This document shows, in pieces, positions 61,160 to 64,000 of a DNA stretch of 64,000 nucleotides (positions are counted from its first letter, which is position 1; every line of letters starts with the position of its first letter). The DNA is taken from assembly GCF_011745625.1 (NCBI RefSeq), contig NW_027191459.1, forward strand, positions 372,001 to 436,000. Direction: 5' to 3'. A model generated the notes under the pieces. That model was not told where the DNA came from. It was given only the letters and a program-made list of their open reading frames with translations, and did no database searches. A program made the position numbers and the translations under genes. Source of the DNA: Cladosporium halotolerans (lineage: Eukaryota).

Positions 61160-63087
61160 TTACCTCTGCTCGCCGCTCTTCCTCCCCGTCACCCGCCGCC
61201 AAACCGACCCCCTCCCCTCCCTCTCCCTCTCCCCCTCCCTCCCCCTCGCCGCCTCCTCCTCCCGCGCCACCAGCCCAAGCTGCTCTCTCGCCGAGATGCG
61301 AGCGAACAGCTCGTCTCTGCCAGCGCTGAAAGTAGCGCCGGCCGCCCCAGCCTCCATGGGGAGCTCGAAGCCCCCCAGCACCTCCCGGCGGTGCAGTGGC
61401 GCGTCTCCGCCCGCCGACACGTACCGCTGCTCGGCCCTCGCCCGCGGAACGGGGTTCAGCGGGTCTCCCTGAGGGCCGAACGGCGACGGTGCGGTCGGCG
61501 CGGTCGGCGAGCGCGCGGGAGGCGGAGGGCTGGTGGCGGCGACGAGCTGCGCGTCGCCGTCTGACGAGGACGCGGCGCCGGGGCCGGTGCGAGCGGTTTC
61601 GAAGCTCTCGTGGATGTCGGACGAGGGCTGGGTGGAGAGGAGGGGCGTCGGACGCGTGCTGGTTGTGCGCGTCGACGCTTTCTGCAGCTGCGGATCGTTC
61701 TCTCGTTGGGAACGTCCTTCTTCGCTCAGCGTGCTTTTAGCCGGTAGTGGCTTTCTCGAGGGAGTGCTGCCGTAGAAGTAGGGTTTCTTCGGGGCGGGAG
61801 AGGGTGCGTCGATGCGGCTCGTAGCCTCCTGTGGGTAGCGCTGGCCTGAGTAGTCGCGGTATGGGTTGTAATTGCCAATATTGCGCTCTCCGACATATGC
61901 GAGGCTGGCTTCTTTGCGTGCGGATCGACTGCCCTTGGGCTCTGTGCGTCTCTTCGGGCTGCTGCGCTCAGAAGCTGCGTCAAGCTGTGAAAGGCTAGAC
62001 TGTGTGAGCAGCTGCTCGATCTCTGCCCTGACCGTCTTTTGTATTTGTTGATTTCTTGAGCTACTCTGTTCAGTCGAGTCGTCCTTTTTGCTTTGAGTTT
62101 CGATCTTCTGGAGCTCTGTACGCCGCTCGTGCATGGCTGTGTTGCAAGCGAGCATCTCTGTGACCTCCTTCACATTTGTTCGTACTGCAATCTTGACGTC
62201 CTGTGCGTATTTCTCTGCCAGCATTTGGGCGATCTCAGCATAAGAGCGTTGCTGGATATCCTCAAGCCCATCGCTTTGTAAGACTTCGGGCAGCGTTGGA
62301 ACGGCACCATCCTTCCGGCGCATAGCCGCGTGCTGCATAACCGCGTAGTCAAGCGTAGCAAGGAGCCTCGGGTTTGTCAAGATGGCCCAGTGAAGCTCGA
62401 GTAGCTGTGCGAGATCCCAGACGCTTACGGGTGTATTGTGGTTGTCGTTCATGCCATGTTCATGCAGAATGATTCCACCCTGCTCCATTCGCTGGCCATA
62501 CCGAGATTTCAGATCATGATAGAGAAACGTGATCTCGCCGACGACTGCGTAGAAGATGCCTGCCCACTGAGCCAACGGTAGCATGTTAGAGGTAGGGAGG
62601 GTTGGAAGGTCGCATTCGGAAAAATCTTCGGATTTGTTCGGATCGATGTCTCTGAACCATGGCGGCAACGATGATAGATGTTCGAGTGGAAGGGAAGTAT
62701 TGCTGCGACACCCGTAGTTGACGTACGACTCAGCCCTCGACGGCACGATGCGGTGGACGGCGCACAAGAACCAGCCCAAGGGTGTCTCGCCCGTGCGAAC
62801 CTATCTGGTCAGTGGAATCTATGGAAAAATACTAAAGGCGAATATACCCGTTGATGATAGTCTGGCGTGAACTTTTGTTGTTCGTAAATAGCTGTAGCAG
62901 CTTTCTTGATAGATTCTTGAACTTTGCGATCGGAAAAAGGGTGCACAGCGCCTTTGAGCATCTGGGCGCGGTGGTTGAGGAAGTCAAGATCGCCTTCAAG
63001 ACCATGGAGGACAACCGCGACGCCAGTGGACGTCCTATACTCGAGCGTCATAGTAGGAGCGATCAGCATGGACTGCTTTGCGCACAA
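61160..63087 (-). CDS. Hypothetical protein, unknown family; 5' and 3' ends uncertain
   Basis: ~540-codon open frame that joins by a phase-0 GTATAT-TAG intron (approx. 62791-62846) to an upstream open frame. Confidence 0.6.
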
Positions 63088-64000
63088 CGGTTCTTGGCGT
63101 CGAGGCTTGAGAAGGAGCTCGATTGGAGGGATTGGTCAGAGTCAGTGTCGATAATAACTATCGGTAAAGCTTGACTTAGCTTGCTGTAGTTATGTGCTAT
63201 AGGTGCAATTGCGTGCGGCCAAGCGTTGAGGCGTGTTCTGCGCAGAGTGAAAGGCTTTGGTGAAGTGAGGTTAGATAGAGGTGCTGGACTTGGGTGGCTG
63301 CGGGAGTCCGGGCTTCGCGGTGGGCTTCCTGGACTGCGATTGCCTCAAAGTACCACAGTCTTCCTGGGTCGATAGTTGCAGAGACAGGGTCGTATGCTGG
63401 TAGTAGGTATCCAGGTTGTTCGTCGCCGACAGGTGGTCAATCGTATGTGTCGTGAGAAACGTCGGGAAGGATATATGCAAGGAAGTCGCTCACATGTGAC
63501 ATGTGACAGAGCGATTCAATATGTGGAGCCGGTCGGGAGGTGGAGTAGACGCCTTTAATGATTTCAAGGACCATCTGGAGCAGCAGTAGCATGCAGAGGA
63601 GTCCATGCCATGGCCGGAGTGATACGCAACCTGATCGAAGTTCCAAACGATTGGTCCATGTCAAACACTCCTCTGATGGCTATTGCACCGAACGGCGCTT
63701 TGTGCAAAACCAAAAGTCACAGAGTCGTTTTGTAATTTGGAATGGAGATCATCAGGGGCTCTCTCCGGTGGTCGTGCGTTGAGCGCATAGTTCGCGATTG
63801 TAGCTGCTGTGCTTCTGGAGTGGGTGATGCGGAGAAGTGAGCGGCGGCATGGATGAGTGGCGTCTCAACATCGTCGGATCGCAGCTTGAATACGTGACAT
63901 CTTACCTGACCTCACTCTTGTCCAGCAGTGAACGACGTTGTAAGCCGCCCATCGCGAAAAGATGCAATTGAGTGAGAGAACAAAAGTCGGAATGTACCCA

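Overview
Eukaryotic DNA from a filamentous ascomycete: short GT-AG introns with CTRAC branch sites and fungal Kozak contexts. A Dothideomycete origin is my inference from sequence style, not demonstrated. About 27 mostly spliced protein genes are present, including a divergent peroxisomal acyl-CoA ligase/oxidase pair, THO1, NPT1, SYM1, BolA, three SDRs, a PIN-like protein, MEMO1, a P450, ADP1, an aminotransferase, a glyoxalase, an EF-hand NADPH oxidase (NoxC), mS26, NOG2, an S10 carboxypeptidase and an ABHD12-like hydrolase. The six-frame track ignores introns and short ORFs, so I rebuilt gene models by hand. Highlights the track misses or truncates: (1) a candidate stand-alone 23-aa micropeptide gene (MPAASFPPCPGPPPTRPLPPLPK, carrying a perfect class I SH3 ligand) in a 5.4-kb gene desert; (2) a spliced, strongly cationic Bubble/PAFC-type antifungal protein; (3) an H/ACA snoRNA (snR191/U19 type) in the NOG2 intron; (4) a hydrolase-WSC-PAN gene with a nonsense codon, a frameshift and a GC-AG intron. 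A 60-aa small ORF behind an ~890-nt ATG-free leader in a second desert also looks like a real gene. No rRNA, tRNA, CRISPR array or recognisable transposon was found.
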